DNA of 64,000 nt from Felis catus (lineage: Eukaryota). A program made the translations under genes and the position numbers. Positions 12,684-24,118 of this stretch are shown here, in pieces. The DNA lies in NCBI RefSeq assembly GCF_018350175.1, contig NC_058383.1, positions 26,910,001 to 26,974,000 on the forward strand. The letters are read 5' to 3'. Below the pieces are notes generated by a model that had not been told where the DNA came from, did not search any database, and saw nothing but the letters and a program-made list of their open reading frames with translations. Each line of letters opens with the position of its first letter. The first letter of the stretch is position 1.

Positions 12684-12810
12684 AAGAGAGAATCCCAAGC
12701 AGGCTCCATGCTGTCAGCACAGAGCCCAATGCGGGGCTTGAACCTCTGAACAGGGAGATCATGACCTGAGCCAAAGCTGGATGCTTAACCGACTGAGCCA
12801 CCCAGGCACC
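12565..12810 (-). mobile_element. Can-SINE with expanded (GA)n
   Basis: Reverse head gactgagccacccaggcacc. Confidence 0.92.
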
Positions 12811-12936
12811 TGAGTTTATAAGTACATATAGGTAATAAATTATAAAAACATGGACTAGAAGGGACACGTACATACCAAGTTCATAATAATGGGCAGGGGA
12901 GGTGTCCTAGGTAAGAGAACGCAGGGATTAGGGTTG

Positions 12937-12938
<2 letters not shown>

Positions 12939-12986
<48 letters not shown>
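12939..12986. repeat. (AC)24 microsatellite
   Basis: Read directly. Confidence 0.97.
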
Positions 12987-12988
<2 letters not shown>

Positions 12989-13109
12989 ATATGAATCTGA
13001 TAATTTTTCTCAACTTTGTTGACTACATAGTTATATTTATATAGTTCTTTGTACTTTCTACATGTAAAGTTTTGTTAAAAAGTAAAATGCATTTATTTCC
13101 ATCTTGCTA

Positions 13110-13320
13110 AAATCCACTTATCAAACAATTCTATAGCCCTTACTATGTATGGCTTTGCAAATATTAATACTTCAAACCTCATAATAATCTGAAGAGGTAC
13201 TATTTTAAAAGGGAGGAAAGGGATGCACAGAGAGGGCAAGCTACTCACCTAGGATAAAACAGGGAGTGACAGAGCTGGGCTTCAGATCCAGATAGCTGGG
13301 CACCACTGTGCATGCTCTCA
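13110..13320 (-). mobile_element. MIR
   Basis: gaggaaagggatgcacagagagggcaag...gacagagctgggcttc. Confidence 0.5.
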
Positions 13321-13794
13321 AGGACCCTCCACCTGTTAATCTGTGACCCGCAGTCCCTCATTAGGGTCCCCTGTGTCCTCCCCATACTGCCCATCGACTT
13401 GTCTTTCCTTACTTTGTTTTAAGCTGTGTATGAGATCTGGATTCACACCTCTCTCATTACTCCAGCCCAGTCCCTGGCCCATCACAAATAAACAGCAAAT
13501 GTTGTTGAACGAATGAATGGATGAATGAGTTGCCTGAAGTTCCTGGAAGCATCTCCATGCAAATGCCATGCGCAGGGCCATTGTCTTTGAGTCCTCCACT
13601 GCGTTTGATGCCATCCAGGGTGCTGGCACTGGGCATTATAGGAAATGAGCCCATTAGTAGAAAAATTGAAAAAAAGAAATTAAAACAATATGGGATTTTT
13701 ATTCTTAGGAGGTCACCTTACTCTCTCTGCCTGTGGGTGTTTTGTTCAGAGAAAATTGTAGAATTTTAGGAAACAGCTGGGTCTCCTCACAAAT

Positions 13795-14115
13795 CCATCT
13801 TTTTTCTCCAAATATTCCCACTCACTTCTGGTTTCAGTTTAAATGTCTTTTCTTCTGAGAAGCCTTCTCTGGCTACCCTGTTCCCTCTTTGCTGGTGTTC
13901 TGTCTCATATTATTACCCTTCTCTGTATCAAACTTACTGCAACTTATAATTACATATATTTTTTGTGAATTCATTCTTTCCAGTGTCTCTGTGCCCCGGA
14001 AGACTGAAAACTCGGAGAGGTCAAAGATCACACTTGTTTTGTGCACACCTTGTCTCCAGTACCCGGCACAATGCTTTCTACACAGTAAGTGCTCATTTAT
14101 CATCATTGAATGAAC
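13795..14115 (+). mobile_element. L2 3' end
   Basis: aaatgtcttttcttctgagaagccttctctg...tctccagtacccggcacaatgc...agtaagtgctca...tgaatgaa. Confidence 0.75.
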
Positions 14116-15329
14116 GCTGTTGCCAATTGCAGTGGCTTAACTGAAAGATGTGCTATAGGGGTTTCAAAATTTTTTTTCAGAATGCTTTATACTAAGGGAA
14201 ATTGTTCAGAATTTCTTCTATACACCAACTCATTACCCTGATTAAATTGAGGGGTGATGGGGAACATCGGCTTGTCCCACCTTCTCCTTGACGCCCCCAA
14301 CAGGATCTTTGAGGGACCTCACAGACTGGCCCTTGGCCAGCTTTTCTGAGCTCCCCACTCCTTGCAAGTGCCAGAAGGGTCTTGTCACCAAGGGAGCCCC
14401 TCTTTGAAGATTGAAACACAGATGATCCAGCCTCTTCTCCCAGCTCCTTCCTCAGCGTCGTGGGGTACTTTGCTAATAGAGCCATAAATTCCCCCTCTAA
14501 ATGAGCATCCTGATTTGATTTGCTCTTCAGATGACCCCTTCCTGGGGAAAATATTATGCTTTCCCTGAGTTATGGCAGAGACTCCAGTGGGTAGCTGTGT
14601 TGTGTCCTGCCTCTGCCATCTGATAGTCTGATTCCTCTCCAATTTATGAGCTTGTTAGTTCCCCAGCCAGCTCCTACCTCATTGCGGCTGACCCAGTAAT
14701 GCTGTTTGCCTGTGTCATCTTGCTCAGACAAACGCAGGCGTCCCCACTGAGGAGACAGCCGCCCTAGCCCAGTCACCTCATTGACTGATGTTGGCTGACT
14801 CCATCGACCTGGAGCAGGAAGGACAGAGTATCAGATTGTAGGACAGGCACAACTCCTACAGGCACTGAAGCTCTTGTTGTTGGCTTGAGCATGGCAGGGG
14901 TGCCCAATTTCCTTGTTTCTAAATGCTTCCTTGCAGGGAATCCTTGTGGTAACTTCTATTTTTCAAAGGCATGGGCCACTGCCTGCCCTTAGCCCCTTCT
15001 TCCTGCTGGGGTTCACGACTCCCTAAGTTCTCCTTCTGGAATGCGTGCTCATACATTCCATCGCAGGTCTGGGGAAATTCTCATGTTTTGACTCTGACTC
15101 TAGGAGTGGCAAGAAATAGAACTGGGCATCCTTTTTATGTGCCTCCATTTCCTGGCCTCTGCAATGGGAACAATAGTAGATCTCAGACTATTTTTCATCT
15201 TGTTACCTTGGGCAGAAAAAGAAACATACACACACCCATACCACCCACATAGACATTTTGCATGTCATGTCAAGGAGTTGATGGTAGCTATGGAGTCTCC
15301 CCACTAGCCCCAAGTTAACACTTCACGGG

Positions 15330-15920
15330 CTAGACAAAAATTGGAAACCTAAATGTCCATTGGTTGGTAACTGGAAAGGCAAAATTTGATGTATCCATAT
15401 GGTGGAATCCTAGTCAACAATAAAAAGAGACAATCTACAGATACATGGACGAACCGCAAAAATACTATGCTCAGGGGGTGCCTGGGTGGCTCAGCTGGTT
15501 ACGTGCCAGACTCTTGATTTCAGCTCAGGTCAAGAGCTGAGTTTATGAGTTCTATCCCTGCGTCGGGCTCTGCGCTAACAGTGTGGAGACTGCTTGGGAT
15601 TCTCTCTCCCTCTCTGCCCCTCCCCCACTTGCACACACATGCATATGTTCTCTCTCTCTCTTTCTAAATAAACATTAAAAAAGCACATGCTCAGGGAAAG
15701 AGGCTGGATACAAGAGACCACATATTGTATGGTCCATTTATATGAAATATTCAGAAAAGGCAAAGCTATATGAACAGAAGATAGATTAGAGGTTGCCTGG
15801 GGATGGGGATGGGGGATGGGGACGGGAAGTAACAGCAAATGTGCACGAGGGATCGTGTTGAGGGGATGAAATGTTTTAAAACCGATTTATGGCGATGGCT
15901 GCATAAGTTGGTTTAAAAAA
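15330..15920 (+). mobile_element. Old L1 (L1MB-like) 3' region, split by a SINE
   Basis: aaatgtccat...tccatttatatgaaatattcagaaaaggcaaa...gattagaggttgcctgggg. Confidence 0.8.
15474..15682 (+). mobile_element. Can-SINE
   Basis: Head, CT tract, tail; atgctcag repeated on both flanks. Confidence 0.92.
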
Positions 15921-16404
15921 ACGTGTATATGTCTCTCACGGGGCTCTGGGGGGGCTACACAAGATGCAGGCAGGGAAGGATTTAGCAGTGAAGGGTCCTG
16001 AGGTCTGTAAGTTCTTTCAAGTGGTTCAGCCTTTGTCCACGACATTGTCAGTATCTATGCCTGTATTTAAATCTGTATCCATTTCCCAGGGCTGCTACAG
16101 CAAGTGGCCACCAACTGGGTGGCTTGAAACAACAGAAATCTATTCTCTCAGTTATGGAGGCCAGAAGTCCCAAATCAAGATGTGGGCAGGGCCACTCCTG
16201 GTCTGAGGCTCTCTAGGAGAGTCCTTCCTTGCCTCTTCCACTTCCCATATTCCCGGCTTTCCTCGGCTTATCACCCAGATCTCTGCTTCCATTTTCACAC
16301 TGTCTCTCCTCTTCTGTCTGCATGTCTCTTATGAGGACACTTGTCATTGGACTTAGGGTCTGAATTACCCAGGTTGATCACCTTAGCTTGCGTTCCTGAA
16401 TTAA

Positions 16405-16603
16405 GGAGCACCAGGGTGGCTCAGTCACTTAGGCATCCGGCTTCAGATCAGGTCATGATCTCTCTGTGGGTTCGAGCCCGCATTGGGGTCTCTACTGTCA
16501 GTGTGGAGCCTGCTTGGGATCTTCTGTCCTCCACCTCTCTCTACCCCTCCCCTCCTTGTGAGCCCTCTCTCTGTCTCTCTCAAAAATAAATATTAAAAAA
16601 TAA
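16405..16603 (+). mobile_element. Can-SINE
   Basis: tcctgaatt repeated on both flanks. Confidence 0.88.
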
Positions 16604-16639
16604 AGATCCTGAATTTAATCTGCAAAGACTTTTTTTTCT

Positions 16640-17982
16640 TACTTTTTTATTTATGTACTTATTTTTAATTTAATTTATTTTTAAATGCACATCCACGTTA
16701 GTTAGTATATAGTGCAACAATGACTTCGGGAGTTGATTCCTTAATGCCTCTTACCCATTTAGCCCATCCCACCTCCCACACCCCCTCCAGTAACCCTCGT
16801 TTGTTCTCCATATTTATAAGTCTCTTCTGTTTTGTCCCCCTCCCTGTTTTTATGTTGTTTTTGCTTCCCTTCCCTTAAATTCATCTGTTTTGTATCTTAA
16901 ATTCGTCATATGAAGTCATAAGATATTTGTCTTTCTCTCAGTGACTAATTTTGCTAGCATAATACCCTCCAGTTCTATCCATGTAGTTGCAAATGGCAAG
17001 ATTTCATTCTTTTTGATTGCCGAGTAATACTCCATTGCACATATATACCACATCTTCTTTATCCATTCATCCATCGATGGACATTTGGGCTCTTTCTATA
17101 CTTTGGCTATTGTTGATAGTGCCACGGTAAACATTGGGGTACATGTCCCCCTTCGATATACCACACCTGTGTCCCTTGGATAAATATCTAGTAGTGCCAT
17201 TGCTGGGGTAGGGTAGTTCTAGTTTTAATTTTTCGAGGAACCTCCACACTGCTTTCCAGAGTGTCTACACCAGTTTGCATTCCCACCAGCAGTGCCAAAG
17301 AGATCCTCTTTCTCTGCATCCTTGCCAACATCTGTTGTTGCCTGAGATGTTAATGTTAGCCATTCTGACGGGTGTGAGGTGGTATCTCATTGTGGTTTTG
17401 ATTTGTATTACCCTGATGCTGAGTAATGTTGAGCATTCTTTCATGTTTCTGTTAGCCATCTGGATGTCTTCTTTGGAGAAGTGTCTATTCATGTCTTTTG
17501 CCCATTTCTTCACTGGATAATTCATTTTTTGGGGTGTTGAGTTTGATAAGTTCTTTATAGATTTTGGATACTAACCCTTTATCTGATATGTCATTTGCAA
17601 ATATCTTTTCCTTTTCTGTCGGTTGCCTTTTAGTTTTGCTGATTATTTCCTTTGCTGTGCAGAAGCTTTTTACTTTGATGAGGTCCCAGTAGTTCACTTT
17701 TGCTTTTATTTCCCTTGCCTCCAGAGACATGTTGAGTAAGAAGTTGCTGTGGCCAAGATCAAAGAGGTTTTTGTCTGCTTTCTCCTCGAGGATTTTGATG
17801 GCTTCCTGTCTTACATTTAGGTCTTTCATCCATGTTGAGTTTATTTTTGTGTCTGGTGTAAGAAGGTGGTCCAGGTTCATTCTTGTGCATGTCGCTGTCC
17901 GGTTTTCCCAGCACCACTTGCTGAAGAGACTGTCTTTATTGCATTGGATATTCTTTCCTGCTTTGTCAAAAATTAGTTGGCC
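16640..17982 (-). mobile_element. 5'-truncated carnivore/felid L1 (ORF2 C-terminus plus 3' UTR), frameshifted
   Basis: ORFs 17485-17880, 17265-17525 (zinc knuckle CWQGC-7-H-4-C) and 17067-17249 (WRFL..LKLELPY); approximate TSD aagactttttttt/aagacttctttt. Confidence 0.96.
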
Positions 17983-18231
17983 AAGACTTCTTTTCTAGAT
18001 GAGGTAACATTCACAGGTTGAAGGGATTTGATATGGATATATTTTTAGGAGGAGACCACCATCGTATCTATCTGCATCATCTATATCTGTACATGTATCA
18101 TCGATATATCTGTATCATTAGATCTTTATACATCTCTATCTATATGCAATCTATAAATTGACAAAAAAACAAGTATGTCAAAATGTGAGGAGTTGCTGAT
18201 CTCTGTTGCAGGTACATAGGTGCTCCTTGTA

Positions 18232-18546
18232 CAGGCATACAGCTCTAAAAATGCTGTGTTTTTTTATTTCAAATGTTTCTAGATTTTGGAAAGGCATTCA
18301 AGTGCAACTGTATGTTGTATCACACCTTTAACAAAAGTCTGGAGAGTACTCCATAATATAGCATATTAATATGCCTGCAACAATATGTTTGAATATTCAC
18401 ACTAAGTGGGTTAAATCGAGACACCATTTCATGCTTACTCAGGTCAGCTTTCCTACCAAATGAGTTTTAGCACCAGATGCATGATAAACTTCTGGACTTC
18501 AGAGATCTTTGAATTTGAAAATTATGGAGAAGAGAGTGGGCACCTG
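18232..18546. mobile_element. Possible TcMar-Tigger-type MITE remnant
   Basis: cagg...cctg ends and tttgaatttgaaaattatggagaagagagtgggcacctg terminus. Confidence 0.35.
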
Positions 18547-19288
18547 TGTTATTCTTTCTCCTTTTTTGTATGTTTGAACATTTTTGTAATGAAACATTTT
18601 GAAAAATAAGCCCGTGCATGTAACGTGCTTCGCCGAGTGCCTGGCACATAGTAAGAACTCCAAAAAATATGACAGTTACAATTAATTTCACAATGATTAT
18701 TCTATCAACAGTGTTACAAGTCAGGCAGTTAGGAACTATTCAAGGTTTTGATGTGAGAGAATGACATGGCCAGGGGACAGAGAATCTAGAAAGATCTCTG
18801 TGGCATGACATGACAGGGATGGGGCAGGGACCAGAGGGAGGCTGGTTAGGAGGCTGTTATACACGTCCAGGAAAGAGATGATGAGGTCCTGAAGCAGAAG
18901 AGAAGAAGAAAGCTGGAATTAACCTGACAGAGCCTGGTGAGCATTCTGGGAGAGCAGGATGGATTCTTGTCAGCCTCCCTGATATGCTGAGTGACAGCAG
19001 AAGAGAGACATACAGGGTGCTGCTCTGTGCATTTAGGAGAGAAAATACACATCAGTCAATCCTGGAATGAGCCAAGTGGGAATTTCTCGGCTGACTCAAG
19101 CCTCCCGATCTGGACAAGAGCTCTAGTAGCAAGAGCAACATTTTTGATTGTCGGGGTTAATTTGAGGCAGAGGGCTTGCTGGTCGGATCCATTTGGGCAC
19201 AGAGGACAGACCAGTGGGAGTCCCTGTGCAGAAGTAGGTTCCCTGGAGACTTTTCTCCTTTTAGACCTGCAGATGCCTAAGGGCAAAG

Positions 19289-19458
19289 GCAGGGCTTCTC
19301 ACCATAGGCCATGAGTTAGAATCACTTGGGGGAAGACTTTAAAACAACTCCCCATCCTAGATCAAGTACATCAGAATCTCTGAGGGAGGGCCCTGGCATT
19401 GTATTTTTAAGAAGCTCTTCCAGGTGATTCTATGATGCAGCAAGGGTGGAGACCACTG
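19289..19458. mobile_element. MER5A (hAT-Charlie)
   Basis: cagggcttctca...ttagaatcacttgggg...tcagaatctctg...ccaggtgattct...gagaccactg. Confidence 0.85.
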
Positions 19459-20853
19459 GGTTAAGTGATGCGGGAGCCCAACCCAGAAAATGCCACCAGC
19501 CTGAGTTGTCTCAGTCAGTGTGCAAAGGGTGGCAGGTTGGGCAAATATTTGAAAAGTGGCAGGGAGGGAGGGAGGGAGAGAAGAGTAACACAGACTGGGT
19601 GGTTAAAAAAAAACAAGCAGGAAAGCAACACCATACACGGTCTACACGGTGGGCATGACGAGAGCCATCCCCAAGCTGTTGTCAGAACCTCAGGCGCGAT
19701 GGAGGACAGAGGACCAGGAAGAGGACACACCAAGAGTAAGGCAGTCCGCAGTGGGATCACAAGACTTCCTTAAGACACGCCAAGTGTATTCCAGATGTGG
19801 GATTAAGACGATGGCGATATGACAAGGGGAGAAAAGTGCCAAGAATGACTCTCTGGGGAATCACGGCCTTCACAAAACCTCACGCATCCCCAGGGGCTCC
19901 CAGTGTAGACAGCTGTCAAAGAGCAGGGTCCGTGTCTTCGCACTTCCCATGAGGCCCTGGCAGCTTTGTATTATTTCCTTTAAGCTGGTTTGATTGTTTA
20001 GAAAGGCCATCTTTATTTTAGAAGAACTTGAAAAATACAGAGAGGCAGGTACAGAACAAGACCAAAGCTACATTCACTGATCCCTCATAAGCCCATCGCA
20101 GAATCCGTGTCTATGAATTTCTTCCCCATTGTCTGTCTTCTGCTTGGAATGTGTACTTTTTCTTTTTAGACACAAAGAGGAGCGTATTAGATCCAGTTTT
20201 ATAATTTTATTCATTTAACAATGGATGTGGAACGTTTTTCCTCTGTCAAAAAAAAAAAATCCCATACAAACCTTTTTGACGGCTCCCTAACATTTCATTG
20301 TATGTGTGTTTCAACACTACTCAATTTGCCATTTAAGAAGCAATATAGGGGATTTCTGGGGTTTTACTTCTAATCGTCACTGCAGTAACATTGTGGGACA
20401 CGCATCTTCCTGCAGTTAGCTGGTTTTTGCTTTGGGATAAATTGGTCCAAGTGGAATTGCTGTGATAGAGGGCAGGTGCACACACAGGTCTTCTAGTATC
20501 CAGCACCAAATGACCGTGTGGTTGGCCCTCCCCTGAACCGACCAATTCAAACTACTTCAAGCACTTTAAGCACTTCCCGCCCTCAAGGCACATACTCCAA
20601 GCAGCAAATTCGCAAAGGCGGCTCTTGCGTTAGCTCAAAGCATACAATTCCTTTGATGTGAATGTTCCGCTCTGCACTGTGCGGTCTAAATCATCACAGA
20701 CAATTTGTTTTGTAATCAGCAGACCTAGTAAAGGGAACTTCCTAGAAATTAATCAACTGAGGAAGGACTGCAGAGGTCTGGTTTGGCTTAGGTTTCATTT
20801 GGTTTGGGGAGGTTGTTTTGGCTATGGACTACCTGGCTGAAAGTGAAATTTTA

Positions 20854-21341
20854 GGGGCGCCTGAGTGGGCTCAGTCGGTTAAGTGTCCGACTCTTGATCT
20901 CTGCTCGGGTCATGAGCTCGCAGTTCATGCGTTTGGGTCCTGCATCAAGCTCTCTGCTTTCAGCGCTGAGCCTGCTTTAGATCCTCTGTCCCCACCTCTG
21001 TGCCTTTCTCCCTCCTACCCACCATCTCTCTCTTTCTCTCTCTCTCAAAAATAGATTAAAACATGGGGCGCCTGGGTGGCGCAGTCAGTTAAGTGTCCGA
21101 CTTCAGCCAGGTCACGATCTCGCGGTCCGTGAGTTCGAGCCCCGCGTCGGGCTCTGGGCTGATGGCTCAGAGCCTGGAGCCTGTTTCCGATTCTGTGTCT
21201 CCCTCTCTCTCTGCCCCTCCCCCGTTCATGCTCTGTCTCTCTCTGTCCCAAAAATAAATAAACGTTGAAAAAAAAAATCTTTAAAAAAAAAAATAAAAAA
21301 AAAAATAGATTAAAACATTTATTTAAAAAATAATAAAATAA
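20854..21341 (+). mobile_element. Can-SINE whose A tail contains a second SINE
   Basis: Outer TSD aaagtgaaattt/aaagtgtaattt. Confidence 0.9.
21065..21300 (+). mobile_element. Young felid SINE (SINEC_Fc type)
   Basis: Diagnostic gcgcagtc, ttcagccaggtcacg, ctgggctgatgg; perfect 18-bp TSD aaaaatagattaaaacat. Confidence 0.96.
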
Positions 21342-21530
21342 AAAGTGTAATTTCCAGAACTTTTTCCCAAGCCCCTCACTCCCCTGAACTTCACATCTTT
21401 TGGCCTCAGGTTTTCGCCATTTGAGGTCCAGCTCAGGGTCATAATCTTCCTAACAAAACTTTATTCTCCTGCCCTCAGAGAGAAACGTTTGTGCACTACG
21501 TGTTTTTCCCCACCTGGAGTTTCCTTCAGG

Positions 21531-21589
21531 TAGGATTGCCAGGTTTAGTAAATAAAAATACAGGATGCCCAGTTCGACTTGAGTTTCAG
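21531..21589 (+). mobile_element. MER53 left arm
   Basis: taggattgccaggtttagtaaataaaaatacaggatgcccagtt...tttcag; preceded by ccttcagg. Confidence 0.85.
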
Positions 21590-21900
21590 GGATTCTGCCC
21601 ATTCCTGAACATGTCTATTCCAATTGTGCATTCTAGCTATGGAGAAATGAAACCACTGGCTGGGTCCAGGGACCCGCAGGATTCACTGTGAAAAGGAGGT
21701 GAGCTCCTGACTGATTGCCTGACCTCCGTAAGCCCCTACTCTGACTAGTGGATCATAGTGAGGTCTTGTTTCCCCTGGAATTAGTGTCAGTCACAGCCGG
21801 TCCCCAAAAGGTCTGATGCTTGCCTTTTCCCCCATGCACAGTCAGCCTGGTATAAGGTCATAGGTCCCTCTGGGGAAGACCGAGAGACAGATCAACAGCA
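21590..21900 (-). pseudogene. pro: ERV-L protease fossil
   Basis: Minus-strand translation LPQRDL*PYTRLTVHGGKGKHQTFWG, LTLIPGE..HYDPLVRVGAYGGQAI, TVNPAGPWTQPVV, ECTIGIDMF..GQNP; stops and frameshifts. Confidence 0.88.
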
Positions 21901-22597
21901 CAAACTGGGGGCAGGGCAGTGTGCAAGCTTCCCTTGCCTTCAAAGGTTCCCGGGTTCTGTCAGCTGGCTCAAGTCTGGGAATTGACTGAGGGGCCATCAC
22001 ACTCTGTTTTGGTGATTCAACTTAGACTTCTTTTCACTTGACCTAAACTCTTCTGTTTCTACAGATCAAGTAAGAATTTAGTAGACTGTGCCTGTATTTA
22101 TTTTCCAGCGGCACTGTGATCAGCTGGCCAGCCCTGTAAGTCTGTGTGTCTGACTGTTCTGAGGACCGTCTTGACTCCACTGTCCCTTACTGTAACCACG
22201 CCAACCTTGCCTTTGCTGATGAAGAGCCGCCACTGGGCCCCGACACCCCAGGATCCCGTTGTCCCAGCTGCACTTAGAAATACCCCACTTAGCTGCATTT
22301 CCCACCGTAATTTCTGACATACAGAGAAGGACGACCACAAATCTCTGTAAGGATGCTGGGGCTCCCCTCACTGATTTATTTCTCACAGTTGTGGTGACCC
22401 TCCCGAGGCAGATGAGCAAGTCTTCCACGATAAATCCACTCTGGCGTTCCAGTCTCCCTAAGCCCTGGGCCTTGGACACCTCCCTCTGCCTTCCTCTGCA
22501 GCACACCGTCAGTGCGCTGGCGTCCCAGCTTTGTCTGCCGTGGGCCGCCTCCTGCTCCAGCCAGCCTACCAAGCAAACCATTAGAACTCGCTCTTTC

Positions 22598-22672
22598 CCT
22601 TCCTTCCTTCCTTCCTTCCTTCCTTCCTTCCTTCCTTCCTTCCTTCCTTCCTTCCTTCCTTCCTTCCTTCCT
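22598..22672. repeat. (TTCC)n microsatellite at a SINE tail
   Basis: Read directly, about 18 units. Confidence 0.95.
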
Positions 22673-22724
22673 CTCTTTCTCTCTCTCTTTCTTTCTCTTT
22701 CTTTCTTTCGAAGACTTGTATTTA

Positions 22725-22929
22725 TTTTTTTAAGTGCTTATTTATTTTGAGAGAGAGAGAGAGAGCAAGGGAGGGACAGAGAGAGAGGAAGAGAGCGAGA
22801 ATCCCAGGCAGGCTCTGCGCTGCCAGCTCAGAGCGCAATGCAGGTCTCAAACCCATGAACGCTGAGATTGTGACCTGAACGGAAAACCAAGAGTTGGATG
22901 CTCAACCAACTGAGCCACCTAGGTGCCCC
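22725..22929 (-). mobile_element. Can-SINE inserted in ERV-L gag
   Basis: Reverse head ctgagccacctaggtgcccc. Confidence 0.9.
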
Positions 22930-23085
22930 TAGAGCTCTTTCTAACCCTCTAAGCTGCAGAATCTCTACTCAGTGGGCTCAAATCAATACATTTGGGGAAA
23001 AGAAAAGAAAATTTGGGGAATTTATATTCCTTCCACTATTATCCCACACCCTTAATATCTGTTCCCATGAAATCTGCCAGGTTTT

Positions 23086-23301
23086 GGGGCGCCTGGGTGG
23101 CGCAGTCGGTTAAGCGTCCGACTTCAGCCAGGTCACGATCTCGCGGTCTGTGAGTTCGAGCCCCGCGTCAGGCTCTGGGCTGATGGCTCGGAGCCTGGAG
23201 CCTGTTTCCAATTCTGTGTCTCCCTCTCTCTCTGCCCCTCCCCCGTTCATGCTGTCTCTCTCTGTCCCAAAAATAAATAAACGTTGAAAAAAAAAAAAAA
23301 A
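23086..23301 (+). mobile_element. Young felid SINE (SINEC_Fc type) inserted in ERV-L gag
   Basis: Perfect 16-bp TSD gaaatctgccaggttt (23069-23084, 23302-23317). Confidence 0.96.
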
Positions 23302-24040
23302 GAAATCTGCCAGGTTTCTATGTATACATTTTTAAAAGTCCTGTAGTTCTCTTGGAGTGTAAGTCTCCCTCAACCCCACCCCATGGGTCACAGTTTATAC
23401 CTCCCCCCCGTTTGGGACTGCTCTGACCTGAGTGGTCATAGATCTAGAAGCCAACGGGGATGGTGAGGTCAGGTCTCGAAGAGAATCAGAAGTATATTGC
23501 AAAACAGCTACCTGGAGGGAGACTGTCACAGGTTCTTTAAGCAAAGCAGGGTTGACCTCCTCAGACTAGTAGAGGTGGATGGGAAGGGGAGAATGGACTG
23601 CTTGTCTGGCAAAGACTCTGCTCAATTTAGGGGCCCCAGTCCCAAGATTCACTGGGATCTGCTCATGTGCCCCCTTGCAATTCTCAGGATTCCAGTCCTG
23701 CCTAATCAGTGCCCTCACTTGAGCAGCAGACGCCCTGTGAGGTTATGAATTCAATTTGTATTAGAATTCATTGACTCTCGAGATGATTTCAGCAATCTCA
23801 ACCCTACAAGAGATGCAGGAGGTAAGAGTTTCTTTCAAGTCATTTATGCAGAGTTTGAGCTGACTCTGAAGTCTAGAGCTTTTCTTTTCTTTCGCCACTT
23901 TGTCCAGCTCAGTTAGGAGCAAGCAGCCGATCTCACTTACACTCATCCGTGTGACTAAAGTGTTCTAAGGTATCAAATACGTGGGATCCCAGAAACTTGC
24001 CTTTTGTCAGCATTTGATGAGGAGTATCCAGTAGTTTCGA

Positions 24041-24118
24041 CTTCTCCTAAGAAACGGTTAGTTGTTTATTTGAAATTCAAATTGAACTAGATGGCCTGTA
24101 TTTGATCTGGCTACCCTA
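24041..24118 (+). mobile_element. MER53 right arm
   Basis: gttgtttatttgaaattcaaattgaactag...cctgtatttgatctggctacccta; followed by ccttaagg. Confidence 0.85.

Larger units (their letters stand above)
16074..18060 (-). mobile_element. MaLR LTR (MLT1C-like), interrupted by a SINE and an L1
   Basis: cagggctgct...aacaacagaaatctattctctca...ggaggccagaagtcc; resumes after the L1 at tgaggtaacattcacagg. Confidence 0.8.
21940..24035 (-). pseudogene. gag: ERV-L gag fossil, interrupted by two SINEs
   Basis: Colinear blocks LDTPHQMLTKGK, EIGCLLLTELDKV, QVRALIRQDWNPEN, SEEVNPALLKE, YTPRELQDF, WEQILRVWDNSGRNI, LRETGTPEWIY, TTTVRNKSVRGAPASL, GPVAALHQQRQG, QFPDLSQLTEP; many stops and frameshifts. Confidence 0.92.

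Noticed and set aside
22120..22581. 153-codon ORF as a domesticated Fv1-like gag gene
   Set aside because: Only part of it is in the gag frame. Neighbouring gag blocks lie in other frames, with stops and two SINE insertions upstream.
22259..22750. 163-aa ORF with PSFL repeats
   Set aside because: Antisense of ERV-L gag plus translation of the (TTCC)n tract.
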